Shown here: positions 38,056 through 48,973 of the stretch, in pieces
Layout of the letters: every line of letters begins with the position of its first letter
Position numbering within the stretch: the stretch's first letter is position 1
From: an uncultured Rhodobiaceae bacterium
GTDB taxonomy: Bacteria > Pseudomonadota > Alphaproteobacteria > Rhizobiales > TMED25
Reading direction: 5' to 3'
Assembly (NCBI GenBank): GCA_913030915.1
Contig: CAJWEW010000006.1
Location: 1-61,496 of the forward strand
DNA: 61,496 nucleotides
Translations under genes and position numbers: made by a program
The notes under the pieces: model-generated
What the model was told of the DNA's origin: nothing
Seen by the model: the letters and a program-made list of their open reading frames with translations, nothing else
Databases searched by the model: none

Positions 38056-39518
38056 TCTATAGAAATATCTAACGGAAATACTCGTATCATATTCTTTCCA
38101 CGAACTACTTTTATCAGAAGTAAGTTTTTGTCAGCCTTTTTGTATTTATCTATGATACGAATAAATTGATTGACACTGTATAAATCTTGCTCATTAATCA
38201 CATTGATAACGTCACCCTCCTGCAAACCTCTTTTGAATGCATCAGATTGATCGTCTATCTGTGTCACAACAAGCCCCTTTTGGTTTGGAGCAAAATCATA
38301 TTTGGCCGATAATTCACTGCTTACATTACTCAAGGAAAAACCAAGATTTAAAATAGAAGTATTATCCGCATCAGTATTATCCATGTCGTCTGATGGCTCT
38401 ACAGGAACGAGACTGCCCTCATTTAATCTTTCGATCACAACGGATTTCTTTATCGCTTTATTTTTACGCCAAATTTCCACTTCAGCCCTTGTGCCAACCT
38501 TTGTTTCTGCTACAACTCTTGGCAGTTCTCTCATAGTATCGATTACGACACCATTAAAATTAAGAATAATATCACCAGATTTAATCCCAGCCCGCTTTGC
38601 AGGACCATCCTCATCAACGCTAACAACAAGTGCGCCACTTGCACCATTCATTCCGAGACTGGATGCTATATCTTCGGATACTTCCTGAATTCTCACACCT
38701 AACCACCCGCGCCTGGTTTCACCATATTCAATCAACTGCTCAATAACGGGAGTTGCTGTTTTTGAAGGTATTGCAAATCCAATTCCAACTGATCCGCCTG
38801 TAGTTGATATAATCGCGGAATTTATTCCGACCACCTTTCCGTTTGTATTAAATAATGGTCCACCACTATTCCCTCGGTTAATTGCAGCATCGGTTTGTAT
38901 AAAATTATCATATGGACCTGACCTAATATCTCTATTTTTTGCAGAGACTATACCAGCAGTTACTGTTCCACCCAATCCAAACGGGTTACCAATTGCCATT
39001 ACCCATTGTCCTACTTTCAGTTCATCTGAATTCCCAAATTCTAATGCAACCAAATTCTGCCCTTCAGCAGGAGTTACACGCAAGACAGCGATATCAGTTT
39101 TGGTATCCTTCCCTACAAGCTCGGCAGGTAGAATGACTCCATTTGAAAATATCACGTCAATTTCATTGGCATCAAGTATCACATGAGCATTTGTTATTAT
39201 TATACCCTGCTCATCAATTACAAAACCTGAACCGAGTGAACTTGCAGACTCAGGTCGTTGAGAATTTTTATTCTTTTCGTACCAATCTCGAAAAACATCA
39301 GGTATGTCCTCTGGATTTAACCCATCAAAAGGATCACTACTTTTCACGCTTTGTTTTGAGGATATATTGACAACTGAGTCTGCGTATTTTGACGCAATCT
39401 CAGAGAAATCTGGATATGTACTTGCGCGCAAAGGTGCTGCAAACACAATTACTCCAAATATAATTAATAAACCTAGTATTGATTTGATATTGTATGATTT
39501 TTGCATATTAACTTCCAA
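38052..39518 (-). CDS. degP: DegP/DegQ (Do) family serine endoprotease with two PDZ domains
   Basis: GSGF, TNAHV, DIAVL, GNPFG, QTDAAIN.GNSGGPL and RGWLGV. Confidence 0.92.
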   Translation of the reverse strand: MEVNMQKSYNIKSILGLLIIFGVIVFAAPLRASTYPDFSEIASKYADSVVNISSKQSVKSSDPFDGLNPEDIPDVFRDWYEKNKNSQRPESASSLGSGFVIDEQGIIITNAHVILDANEIDVIFSNGVILPAELVGKDTKTDIAVLRVTPAEGQNLVALEFGNSDELKVGQWVMAIGNPFGLGGTVTAGIVSAKNRDIRSGPYDNFIQTDAAINRGNSGGPLFNTNGKVVGINSAIISTTGGSVGIGFAIPSKTATPVIEQLIEYGETRRGWLGVRIQEVSEDIASSLGMNGASGALVVSVDEDGPAKRAGIKSGDIILNFNGVVIDTMRELPRVVAETKVGTRAEVEIWRKNKAIKKSVVIERLNEGSLVPVEPSDDMDNTDADNTSILNLGFSLSNVSSELSAKYDFAPNQKGLVVTQIDDQSDAFKRGLQEGDVINVINEQDLYSVNQFIRIIDKYKKADKNLLLIKVVRGKNMIRVFPLDISID

Positions 39519-39572
39519 GTTTTTTTTCTCTACTTCATCTATTTAGGAATAGATTTTGTCAAAATTATGTTT

Positions 39573-39758
39573 TTAAACCAACCATATTATTATTGAACCC
39601 AGTGCTACCATGACAAGACCAAAAATCCGAAGAGTATTTGTATCCATAGACATTACAGTTGCAAGCATCCGTTTTGTTTGCTCAGGAAAAAGGCCGTAAA
39701 TAGTACCCTCAAATAATAAGAATACCGCCACCGCCGTTATTAAAATATCCATTCTCAA
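39573..39758 (-). CDS. DUF2065-family small membrane protein
   Basis: EG..YGLFP and LR.FGL motifs. Usual position after hflC. Confidence 0.8.
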   Translation of the reverse strand: MRMDILITAVAVFLLFEGTIYGLFPEQTKRMLATVMSMDTNTLRIFGLVMVALGSIIIWLV

Positions 39759-40630
39759 TCTGAGCCGAGAGGGTCTTTGAAATAATTGAAGAAATCAGTA
39801 TCAGGTGATATAACCAATCGTGTATCACCAGACTTCAAGCTTTCCTCGTACGCAACCATTGAGCGATAAAACTTGAAAAACTCTGGATCTTTGCCGTATG
39901 ATTCTGCATATATACTGTTTCGTTCAGCGTCACCTTCACCTCTCGTTATTTCTGAAATCTTATTAGCTTCAGCAATGATGATCTTTGCTTCCCTGTCTGC
40001 CACTGATGTTATGATTTTAGCTTGCTCTTGACCCCTTGCTCTGATGTCATTTGCTTCCTTGGTTCTTGCTGTTTGCATTCTCATGTACACAGCTTGACTG
40101 TTAGCCTCAGGTAAATCAGCTCTTCTAATTTTTACATCAACAATTGACATTCCAAGAGCCGCCGCTTCATTGTTCACCTGCTCCGTGATCTTTTTCATCA
40201 ATTCTGGTCGCTTATCCCTTACAATTTCCTCAAACGTTGCCGCGCCAAGTACCCTTCTAACAGCTGAGTTGAGGATTTGAGAAAGGCGAGCATTAGCTCT
40301 GGCTGATGTTTGGACTGATTGGTAGTACTTTAATGCGTCAGTTATTCGGTATCTTGAATATGCATCGACAACAAGCCTCTTCTGGTCAGAGGCAATAACT
40401 TCCTGTGATTCTGAGTCCAAGTCCAAAATCCTTTTATCAATGTATACCGCGTCATCAGCAATTGGCATTTTAAAATGTAATCCAGGATTTGTGACGATTC
40501 TAATTGCTTCACCAAATCGTAAAATCAATGCTTGTTGTGTTTGATGGACAGTGAACGCTGCACTAAAAAGGATCACTGCAGCAGCGAATAGTAGAACTAT
40601 TAAGCCTGTTATTCCAAGTTTTTTCATCAT
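39755..40630 (-). CDS. hflC: FtsH modulator HflC
   Basis: SPFH domain, DQKRLVVDAY, RADLP and DPEFF.FYRS. Confidence 0.95.
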   Translation of the reverse strand: MMKKLGITGLIVLLFAAAVILFSAAFTVHQTQQALILRFGEAIRIVTNPGLHFKMPIADDAVYIDKRILDLDSESQEVIASDQKRLVVDAYSRYRITDALKYYQSVQTSARANARLSQILNSAVRRVLGAATFEEIVRDKRPELMKKITEQVNNEAAALGMSIVDVKIRRADLPEANSQAVYMRMQTARTKEANDIRARGQEQAKIITSVADREAKIIIAEANKISEITRGEGDAERNSIYAESYGKDPEFFKFYRSMVAYEESLKSGDTRLVISPDTDFFNYFKDPLGSD

Positions 40631-41730
40631 TGTGTTTCTCCATCATCCTGCCGTTTTTGTAATTGATCTAGGGGTAGATATGGTACAACATTTGAACTAT
40701 CACCACTCTGATCTATTATGATCTTATCCATTCCCCCATATACACGCTCGATTGTTTCAAGATACATCCTACCACGAGTAACTTCAGGTGCTTTTCTATA
40801 TTCTTCATAAATTGAGTTAAATCTTGATGCTTGACCTTCGGCATCCGCTATAACAGAGTTTTTGTATGCTTCAGCAGCTTCCATTAATTGTGCAGCTTCA
40901 CCGCGTGCTGCTGGGATTATCCTGTTTGAATATGCCTCAGCTTCATTTCTTAGCCGTTCTTGGTCAGCTCTTGCAGCCTGAACGTCTCTAAAAGCATCAA
41001 TAACTGCAGCTGGAGGATCAACCTTTTGTAATTGTACACGTCTGATAAGTATGCCTGCCCCATATTCATCTAGTGTACTCTGCATCAGATCTCTAACTGC
41101 CGTCTCATTGCTCTCTCTGCCTTGTGTTAGTATTTGTTCCAGATTTGAGTTTCCAATGACTTCTCTCATTGCACTTTCTGCGACAGCTTTGACTGTCGAC
41201 TCTTGATTTTCAATGTTAAATAAATAATCAGCGGCATCACTGATGACCCATTGAACTGAAAAATCAACATCAACAATGTTCTCATCGCCAGTGAGCATCA
41301 AGCTTTCTTCAGGCACATCACGGCCAACAGCACCTCTGCCTATAGACGCTTGATTAGAGGTTCTAATGCCAACTTCTACTTGGTTTTCACGAGTCACTTT
41401 GGGCTTTAGAACTGTCTCAATTGGGAAAGGTAAATGATAATGCAGCCCATCTGGAGTTGAGCGGATATACTCACCAAAGCGTAATACAATACCTTGCTCA
41501 TCTGGTTGAACTCGGTATATTCCTGTTGCCCCCCATATTGCTAGACCTATTAGAGCAATCAGTAGCCAATTTTTTTTGCTCACCTTACCATCCGGTGACT
41601 TTGGTGAAAAACTACCAAACCTAGATTTCAAATTCTTCAGCAGCTTATCTAAATCATTATTATCGAAATTGCCACCACCGCTTGGACCTCGTCCCCAAGG
41701 ACCATTATCATTGTTATTGTCCCATGACAT
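40627..41730 (-). CDS. hflK: FtsH modulator HflK
   Basis: GPWG N-terminus, MLTGDENIV, DAFRDVQAA and RMYLET. Confidence 0.95.
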   Translation of the reverse strand: MSWDNNNDNGPWGRGPSGGGNFDNNDLDKLLKNLKSRFGSFSPKSPDGKVSKKNWLLIALIGLAIWGATGIYRVQPDEQGIVLRFGEYIRSTPDGLHYHLPFPIETVLKPKVTRENQVEVGIRTSNQASIGRGAVGRDVPEESLMLTGDENIVDVDFSVQWVISDAADYLFNIENQESTVKAVAESAMREVIGNSNLEQILTQGRESNETAVRDLMQSTLDEYGAGILIRRVQLQKVDPPAAVIDAFRDVQAARADQERLRNEAEAYSNRIIPAARGEAAQLMEAAEAYKNSVIADAEGQASRFNSIYEEYRKAPEVTRGRMYLETIERVYGGMDKIIIDQSGDSSNVVPYLPLDQLQKRQDDGETQ

Positions 41731-41830
41731 TATTTACTACCTTCTTGAGATTTTTAAAACACACTATTATAACATAGTTACTGTGTAAATTGTTTTAAAG
41801 GTTTTTGTACAAATTGAATAAAATTAATAT

Positions 41831-42340
41831 TTACTTGCTAATTCTGGTCAAAACGACAAAGGAATATGACAGGTCTGTAGTTTCATTAGCATGATAATCA
41901 CGCGAAATTTCTTTCCAATTTGATATATCCAACATATCAAATACCGCATCGCCATCAAAATCAGCGTGAACTTCAGTAATGTATGCCTTATCTGCGAAAT
42001 TTATAGCTTGTTTGTATACTTCAGCGCCACCAATTATATAAATGTCACTACTTCCATTTTTTTCTGCAAAATTACTTGCTTCTTTCAAAGCCGCTTGAAA
42101 ATCAAATACCACAGCGCAATCAGCGTTGTTATATTCACTATTTCTAGTAATAATTATATTGTGCCGACCGGGTAGTGGTCTGCCTATGGACTCAAAAGTT
42201 TTTCGTCCCATAATTATAGGACTTCCATAAGTAAGTTCTTTAAAATATTTTAGATCAGCTGGTATGTGCCAGGGCAGTTTCCCATCTTTACCAATCACAT
42301 AATTTGATGCATGTGCAACTATAATTGATATCGAGATCAT
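41831..42340 (-). CDS. folA: Dihydrofolate reductase
   Basis: [28 protein letters not shown] and IIGG. Confidence 0.96.
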   Translation of the reverse strand: MISISIIVAHASNYVIGKDGKLPWHIPADLKYFKELTYGSPIIMGRKTFESIGRPLPGRHNIIITRNSEYNNADCAVVFDFQAALKEASNFAEKNGSSDIYIIGGAEVYKQAINFADKAYITEVHADFDGDAVFDMLDISNWKEISRDYHANETTDLSYSFVVLTRISK

Positions 42341-43131
42341 ACAGCAACTTTTGCTTTTATGTGTGGATGGGCCTCATAATCAGAAATAATTATATCTTCA
42401 TATTTGAAGTTGAAAATATTCGTAACAGTTCTATTTAATGCCAGTTTTGGTAATCTCAACGGAGATCTATCAAGCTGGACTCTGACTTGTTCCAGATGGT
42501 TTGAGTATATATGCGCATCACCTAAAGTGTGAACAAAATCTCCAACCTCAAATTTGCACACGTGTGCAATCATGTGTGTGAGAAGTGCATAGGAGGCAAT
42601 ATTGAAAGGGACACCCAAAAAAACATCGGCTGATCTTTGGTATAGATGACAGCTTAACCTGTTATTGGAGACATAAAATTGAAATAGACAATGACAAGGT
42701 GGTAGTGCCATATTTTCGACATCGCCAACGTTCCAAGCTGAGATTATATGCCGTCTAGAGTTTGGTGATTTTTTTAAGTTAGAGATTAAATTAGATATTT
42801 GATCAATAGATCTACCATCTCTGCACTCCCATGAGCGCCATTGCTTCCCATAAACTGGTCCTAAGTCACCGTCAGCGTCAGCCCACTCATTCCAAATTGA
42901 AACCCCATTTTCCTGTAAAAAGCTGATATTCGTGTCTCCCGATAAAAACCAAATAAGCTCATAAATTATTGATTTGAGATGCAGCTTCTTTGTTGTCACT
43001 AGAGGGAAGCCATCCTGAAGATTAAATCTCATTTGATGACCAAATACCGAAATTGTACCAGTACCTGTACGGTCGTCTTTTTCTTCGCCGTATTTAATAA
43101 TATGCTCTAACAGATTTAGGTATTGTTTCAT
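42337..43131 (-). CDS. thyA: Thymidylate synthase (ThyA)
   Basis: [22 protein letters not shown] and [13 protein letters not shown]. Confidence 0.98.
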   Translation of the reverse strand: MKQYLNLLEHIIKYGEEKDDRTGTGTISVFGHQMRFNLQDGFPLVTTKKLHLKSIIYELIWFLSGDTNISFLQENGVSIWNEWADADGDLGPVYGKQWRSWECRDGRSIDQISNLISNLKKSPNSRRHIISAWNVGDVENMALPPCHCLFQFYVSNNRLSCHLYQRSADVFLGVPFNIASYALLTHMIAHVCKFEVGDFVHTLGDAHIYSNHLEQVRVQLDRSPLRLPKLALNRTVTNIFNFKYEDIIISDYEAHPHIKAKVAV

Positions 43132-43254
43132 ATTTTAACTATGACTGATTCACAAACAATTGCGAAGTGTGAAATAAATTTATTATAAACTTTATTTGAT
43201 ACGTATTTGGGATTATTATAGTTCTGCTCTTTGAGCTATGGTAATAAATTGGCG

Positions 43255-43516
43255 TCAAAATAAACTTATCGGACCCGGGGGCGGTACCCGGCGCCTCCAC
43301 CAATAAAAATTATGGGGGCGAAACAGGATCGACGAGAGCGTAAAAGGCTACCTTTTACTCGGTATTGTACCACCGTTATCGGGCTAATTTTATAGTTGCA
43401 AATGACAACTATGCTCCGGTCGCAGTAGCTGCATAGTCAGCTTGAGCACCGAAACTTAAGCCCTTATCTCTAGCAAGGTAAGGCGGGGTTTGGGGCACCT
43501 GGCAACAGAACGCCCC
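43255..43516 (+). ncRNA. ssrA: Two-piece (circularly permuted) tmRNA; ends approximate
   Basis: Acceptor piece ...GGACCCGGGGGCGGTACCCGGCGCCTCCACCA ends at 43302. An 11-nt intervening segment follows, then the coding piece starting GGGGGCGAAACAGGATCGAC at 43314. Tag frame ANDNYAPVAVAA* at 43398-43436, 3' CTGGCAACAG motif. Confidence 0.95.
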
Positions 43517-43594
43517 TAAATGTGATCATTCATTACTCAATATTATAATTAGTTTATCGATCACGATGTTAATCCTATTTTGAAAGGATATAAA

Positions 43595-44059
43595 ATGAAA
43601 TCACTTTTTACATGCATAAAAATATTATCACTATGTTTAATTGTCATAAATTTTGATATTGAGTCATCAAAAGCAGGCCCTTTCACAGATAACCTCACAA
43701 CATGTGCCGTACGAAGTCTCTCAGACACTGAAAGTGAAAAGTTAGTAACTTGGTTATTTATGGTCATTTCTCAACACAGTGATATCACAAAAGAACATGG
43801 TCAAATTTTTTCAGAAAGCCAACAAATGCGAGCAAACCGAAATATGGGAAGCTTTGTTAATAATATTCTTCTAACTAGATGCGGAAGTGAATTTAAGGAA
43901 GCGGTGCAATATGAAGGAATGGATGCTTTCTTTGAGTTATTTCAAAGGCTTGGTGAGGCAGCAATGTACGATTTTATGGCAGATCCGAATGTTCTAATAG
44001 CTGCTGAGGGATACGCAGAATATTTAGATCTAGAAGCATTATTTCCAGAACTAAATTAG
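43595..44059 (+). CDS. Hypothetical exported protein
   Basis: AAGGA RBS, signal-like N-terminus, mature region GPFTDNLTTC..., two Cys, predicted helical. Confidence 0.7.
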   Translation: MKSLFTCIKILSLCLIVINFDIESSKAGPFTDNLTTCAVRSLSDTESEKLVTWLFMVISQHSDITKEHGQIFSESQQMRANRNMGSFVNNILLTRCGSEFKEAVQYEGMDAFFELFQRLGEAAMYDFMADPNVLIAAEGYAEYLDLEALFPELN

Positions 44060-44193
44060 CTAAGATACCATGCACTAGTATATGGGACAAACAGCCATAT
44101 TTTTACTTGGATATAAGTATATTATTTTAATTTTTATATGCTTGTTTAGTGTTATTGTACTAATATCAAAATATACTGCTGATAGGACGAACT

Positions 44194-44547
44194 ATGAAAA
44201 CGATTGTAAAAAGTATAATTGCATTACTCTTTATAGTAAATTCTAGCTTCGCATTTCATGATGTAGAAGTTGCGAATGAGGAAATTGCAGTTTTGGGCGG
44301 GGTATGGACACAGATTTTTGCTTATGAGGAGTATTGTTTTGATAACCAATATTATGACACAGTTATAGATAGATTAATGATTAGCCCAAGATTTGAACGC
44401 TACTCAAGTGAGTTAGATCACCTTAATGAAAGGCAAGAATTAGCATGGGAAAGAGGTGCAATTGGTGCAGCAGCTGTTATTGATGCCGGGCAAACAGATT
44501 GTGATATAATGGCAAGTGTTATTTGGGAATGGTTTGGTGAAAACTAG
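44194..44547 (+). CDS. Hypothetical exported acidic protein
   Basis: AGGA RBS, signal peptide ending SFA, acidic mature region with two Cys. Confidence 0.7.
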   Translation: MKTIVKSIIALLFIVNSSFAFHDVEVANEEIAVLGGVWTQIFAYEEYCFDNQYYDTVIDRLMISPRFERYSSELDHLNERQELAWERGAIGAAAVIDAGQTDCDIMASVIWEWFGEN

Positions 44548-44580
44548 AAATTGTAACTACATAGTGGTGAGAACCCATAA

Positions 44581-45084
44581 ATGACAGAAGATCTCATAGG
44601 ATATAATGACATAATAAATAAATCCATGATTAACGTCGTTGTTGATGTACTGAAAAAAATAAAAAAAAATAATGGATTACCAGGTGAGCATCATATTTAT
44701 ATTACCTTTTCAACCAACGAGAGTGGAGTTGTTATATCAAAAAGCCTAAAGAATAAATTTAAAGAAGAGATGACTGTAGTATTACAGCACCAATTTAGTG
44801 AACTTGAGATTAAATCAAATCATTTCTCAGTGACTTTACATTTTGATAATAAACCCGAGAGAATTATTATACCCTACACTGCAATGACCAGATTTTTTGA
44901 TCCTGCGGTAAATTTTGGTATTGATTTTATGTTGAAACCACAACAAGACAGTCACATGTTTGATGTGAGTCAACAACTGGCGAATGAAAATCTCACGTGT
45001 GAATACGAAGAAAAAAGAGGGGAATATGAAAAAACGGCTGAGATTGTATCAATAAAAGAATTTATGAAAGAGACGAATAAATGA
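44581..45084 (+). CDS. sspB: Alphaproteobacterial SspB (ClpXP adaptor)
   Basis: [27 protein letters not shown] and C-terminal EIVSI..F ClpX-tether. Near ssrA and fumC. Confidence 0.9.
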   Translation: MTEDLIGYNDIINKSMINVVVDVLKKIKKNNGLPGEHHIYITFSTNESGVVISKSLKNKFKEEMTVVLQHQFSELEIKSNHFSVTLHFDNKPERIIIPYTAMTRFFDPAVNFGIDFMLKPQQDSHMFDVSQQLANENLTCEYEEKRGEYEKTAEIVSIKEFMKETNK

Positions 45085-45091
45085 GGGCATC

Positions 45092-46471
45092 ATGAATAAA
45101 AGAATTGAAACAGATACTTTTGGTAAAATCGAAGTAGATTGCGGTAAATATTGGGGCGCACAGTCACAACGATCGCTCAAAAATTTTGATATTGGATGGG
45201 AAATGCAACCAAAATCTGTTATTAGAGCCCTTGGTATTGTCAAGGCTGCCGCGGCTGAAGTTAATATGGGTTATGGTATTCTTGATAAAGATATTGGAAA
45301 AAATATTATAAAAGCTGCCAATGAAGTAATTGATGGTAAACTCGATGATCATTTTCCACTTTCTGTTTGGCAAACTGGTTCTGGGACCCAATCAAACATG
45401 AATGCTAATGAGGTCATATCAAATAGAGCGATAGAAATGATGGGAGGTGAAATGGGCTCAAAATCACCAGTTCATCCAAATGACCATTGTAATATGTCTC
45501 AGTCATCAAACGATACTTATCCAACCGCTATGCATATTGCCTGTGCATCAGAGATATTGGATACGTTGCTACCCGCACTGTCATCGCTCGCTAAAAAGCT
45601 TAAGAAAAAATCCGATGAGTGGACGCAGGTTATAAAAATTGGAAGAACTCATACGCAAGATGCCACACCCCTAACACTTGGGCAAGAGTTCTCTGGTTAT
45701 GCTCAGCAGGTTAATAACGGTATTGATAGAATAAAAGATACGCTGCCAAAACTAATGGAATTAGCACAAGGCGGAACTGCCGTTGGAACTGGTCTGAATG
45801 CGCCAAAAGACTTTGGGGTTAAAATAGCTCAGAGTATCTCAAAACTAACAGGCAAAAAATTTACAAGCGCACCCAACAAGTTTGAGGCTCTATCAGCGCA
45901 TGATGCTATGCTCATGGCTCACGGCGCAATAAATACGGTCGCAGCATCACTCTTTAAGATAGCTAATGACATAAGATTTCTTGGTAGTGGTCCTCGGGCT
46001 GGACTTGGTGAATTAGCTCTTCCAGAAAATGAGCCGGGCTCATCAATAATGCCTGGTAAAGTTAATCCAACACAATGCGAGTCCCTTACACAAGTTTGCT
46101 TGCATGTTTTTGGCAATAATACTGCTATTTCAATGGCGGGCAGTCAGGGGCATTTCCAGTTGAATGTTTTTAACCCAATGATGGCATTCAATTTTTTACA
46201 GTCGGTAAAGCTCATGACAGATGCCGCAATATCATTTGAAAAAAATTGCGTTGATGGTCTCAAGGCAAGGCACGAAAATATTAAGTTAAACCTCGAGAGA
46301 TCTCTTATGCTTGTAACCGCGCTTGCGCCTAAAATTGGCTACGATAAAGCAGCAGAACTCGCCAAATCAGCTCACAGGAACAATACAACACTGAAAGAAG
46401 AGGCGCTTAAATCTGGTTATGTCAATGAAGTTGAATTTGACTCGCTTGTAGACCCAAAAAAAATGATATGA
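45092..46471 (+). CDS. fumC: Fumarate hydratase class II
   Basis: [32 protein letters not shown] and [11 protein letters not shown]. Confidence 0.98.
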   Translation: MNKRIETDTFGKIEVDCGKYWGAQSQRSLKNFDIGWEMQPKSVIRALGIVKAAAAEVNMGYGILDKDIGKNIIKAANEVIDGKLDDHFPLSVWQTGSGTQSNMNANEVISNRAIEMMGGEMGSKSPVHPNDHCNMSQSSNDTYPTAMHIACASEILDTLLPALSSLAKKLKKKSDEWTQVIKIGRTHTQDATPLTLGQEFSGYAQQVNNGIDRIKDTLPKLMELAQGGTAVGTGLNAPKDFGVKIAQSISKLTGKKFTSAPNKFEALSAHDAMLMAHGAINTVAASLFKIANDIRFLGSGPRAGLGELALPENEPGSSIMPGKVNPTQCESLTQVCLHVFGNNTAISMAGSQGHFQLNVFNPMMAFNFLQSVKLMTDAAISFEKNCVDGLKARHENIKLNLERSLMLVTALAPKIGYDKAAELAKSAHRNNTTLKEEALKSGYVNEVEFDSLVDPKKMI

Positions 46472-46474
46472 TAA

Positions 46475-46693
46475 ATGAAAAAGCGTTCTGTCACGATTGC
46501 TGGGCATCGTACAAGCATCTCCCTTGAAGAAGAATTCTGGAAGATCTTGGAGAGTATTTCTATGGAGAAAAATACTTCTATCCCAAAATTGCTTGAGATT
46601 ATTGAAAAAAAAGGCAGCAGGAAAAACTTAACGTCATCAATCCGAGTTTTCTGTATAAATCATCTAATTGATTTAACAAAAATACGTGAATAG
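46475..46693 (+). CDS. Ribbon-helix-helix domain protein (RHH_4-like)
   Basis: KRSVTIAGHRTSISLE..FW and NLTSSIRV. Confidence 0.88.
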   Translation: MKKRSVTIAGHRTSISLEEEFWKILESISMEKNTSIPKLLEIIEKKGSRKNLTSSIRVFCINHLIDLTKIRE

Positions 46694-46750
46694 TTGGTAT
46701 TTGAACCATATAAATATTGCAACCCACCCTCTTACTAATATGATGAAAAT

Positions 46751-48973
46751 ATGAGTCCCAATTATTTTTCAGATCTCAATGAGCAACAGAAAGCTGCAGT
46801 TATGCATACAGAAGGACCGCTTCTGATATTAGCTGGTGCCGGCACTGGAAAAACAAGAGTTCTCACTTCCAGACTTGCTCATATAATTGATCAAAAGAAA
46901 GCCTTCCCATCAAATATACTTGCAGTAACATTCACGAACAAAGCAGCAAGAGAAATGCAAGTGCGAATTGGAAACATTATTGGTAGTGCAATCGAAGGGA
47001 TGAACTGGTTAGGTACATTTCATTCCATAGGCGCTAAGTTGTTAAGGATGCACGCTGAAGAAGCAAACCTCAAAAGTGATTTCACAATATTAGATACCGA
47101 TGATCAATTAAAAGTGATTAAAGAAGTAATAAAAACACTAAATATCGACGAAAAGCGTTTTCCGCCAAGATATTTTTTATCACAAATTGAAAATTGGAAA
47201 AATAAAGGGCTCCCACCTGAAAAGGTTGCAAAGAGTGAGTCTGATATCATAGGTCACGAAAAAAGTATCGATGTATATGGCAGTTATCAGAAAAGACTAT
47301 CAAGGTTAAATGCAGCAGATTTTGGAGACTTACTACTTCTACCATTAAAGCTACTGAAGGAGAATGATAACTTACTCCATAAATATCAATCAATCTTTTC
47401 TTACACACTTGTTGACGAGTATCAAGATACAAATAGTGTTCAATATTTACTACTTAAATTACTATCCCAAAGAAACCTGAACATTGCTTGTGTTGGTGAT
47501 GATGATCAATCAATCTATGGCTGGAGAGGGGCTGACGTAAATAATATCTTAAATTTCGAAAAGGATTTTAAGGGAGCAAAAATTATCAGACTTGAAAAGA
47601 ATTATCGCTCTACAAAAAATATACTCGGTGCCGCGAGGAGTTTAATATCAAATAACAAAGACAGACTTGGAAAAGAGCTTTCCTCCTACAAAGAGGATGA
47701 CGGTGATAAGGTAAAAATTAAAAGTCTGTGGAGTGCCGAAGATGAGGCAAGATTCATATCCGATGAAATTGATACAATTATATCAAAAAATGAAAATTTA
47801 AATAACATAGCGATACTTGTCAGGGCCAGCTTCCAGATGAGAGAATTTGAGGATAGATTTATCATAAGTAGCATTCCTTACAGAGTAATTGGGGGGCCAA
47901 GATTCTATGAGAGGCAAGAAATACGTGATGTAGTTGCGTATCTTCAGCTCGTTGCAAATCCCAATCATGATTTAAAATTTGAACGTGTTATAAATACACC
48001 TCGACGAGGACTTGGGGACACAACCCTTCGTAAAATAAATGATGCAGCACGCAGAGATAACGTCTCACTATATGACATATCAAAAAAGATAATCGATACT
48101 GATGAATTAGGCTCAAACCCGCGCACACAGCTTAAATCTTTTATATCTATGGTTGATAGTTGGCGTGAAAAAATAAATAAAGTAGATCATATTACATTGA
48201 CCAAGTTGATACTTGAAGACTCAGGCTATATCGCGATGTGGGAAAATGAAAAAACACCTAATTCTGAGAGCAGAATTGAAAATATAAAGGAACTGGTTGG
48301 CCAATTATCAGAATTCCAATCACTAGCCGAATTTCTTGACCATGTTTCGCTTGTTATGGATGTTGATAATGATGACAATACAAGTAAGGTTAATCTGATG
48401 ACCTTGCATTCCGCCAAGGGATTGGAGTTCGATTATGTTTTTATACCAGGAATGGAGGAAGGGGTTTTTCCAAACCAAAGATCATTGGATGAAAAAGGTA
48501 ATGTAGGATTAGAGGAAGAGCGTCGCTTAGCGCACGTTGGTATTACGCGCGCAAAAAAATATTTATTCTTATCTCATGCGCAGAATAGAAGGGTTTATGG
48601 TAATTACACGCAATCAATCCCGTCAAGATTTCTATCTGAAATTGGACCTGAATTTATTGAAGAAGAATTGATCTATGATGGCTATAATCAGCAGTACTCA
48701 TCATTTCCTGATAAAAACTATAACCAAAAAAATTATACTAATGGCCGCACGGCATTGGAGAGGCTGCAGGCCATAGGACACTTTGATAATCTTGAGTATG
48801 ATGATTTAACGTTCAATCAGGATGTCAACATTAGCCCTAATCAGAGAGTATTTCATACAAAATTTGGTTATGGCACAGTAATCGATTGTGATAGTGACAG
48901 AATTGAGGTTGAATTTAAAACGGGTAAAAAAATTGTTCTGGCATCATATTTAGAGTTAGTGAATAATGACTGA
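46751..48973 (+). CDS. uvrD: UvrD/PcrA ATP-dependent DNA helicase
   Basis: AGAGTGKT, TFTNKAA, DEYQDTN, GDDDQSIY, NYRS, HSAKGLEF, EERRL and C-terminal Tudor-like RVFH.KFG. Confidence 0.95.
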   Translation: MSPNYFSDLNEQQKAAVMHTEGPLLILAGAGTGKTRVLTSRLAHIIDQKKAFPSNILAVTFTNKAAREMQVRIGNIIGSAIEGMNWLGTFHSIGAKLLRMHAEEANLKSDFTILDTDDQLKVIKEVIKTLNIDEKRFPPRYFLSQIENWKNKGLPPEKVAKSESDIIGHEKSIDVYGSYQKRLSRLNAADFGDLLLLPLKLLKENDNLLHKYQSIFSYTLVDEYQDTNSVQYLLLKLLSQRNLNIACVGDDDQSIYGWRGADVNNILNFEKDFKGAKIIRLEKNYRSTKNILGAARSLISNNKDRLGKELSSYKEDDGDKVKIKSLWSAEDEARFISDEIDTIISKNENLNNIAILVRASFQMREFEDRFIISSIPYRVIGGPRFYERQEIRDVVAYLQLVANPNHDLKFERVINTPRRGLGDTTLRKINDAARRDNVSLYDISKKIIDTDELGSNPRTQLKSFISMVDSWREKINKVDHITLTKLILEDSGYIAMWENEKTPNSESRIENIKELVGQLSEFQSLAEFLDHVSLVMDVDNDDNTSKVNLMTLHSAKGLEFDYVFIPGMEEGVFPNQRSLDEKGNVGLEEERRLAHVGITRAKKYLFLSHAQNRRVYGNYTQSIPSRFLSEIGPEFIEEELIYDGYNQQYSSFPDKNYNQKNYTNGRTALERLQAIGHFDNLEYDDLTFNQDVNISPNQRVFHTKFGYGTVIDCDSDRIEVEFKTGKKIVLASYLELVNND

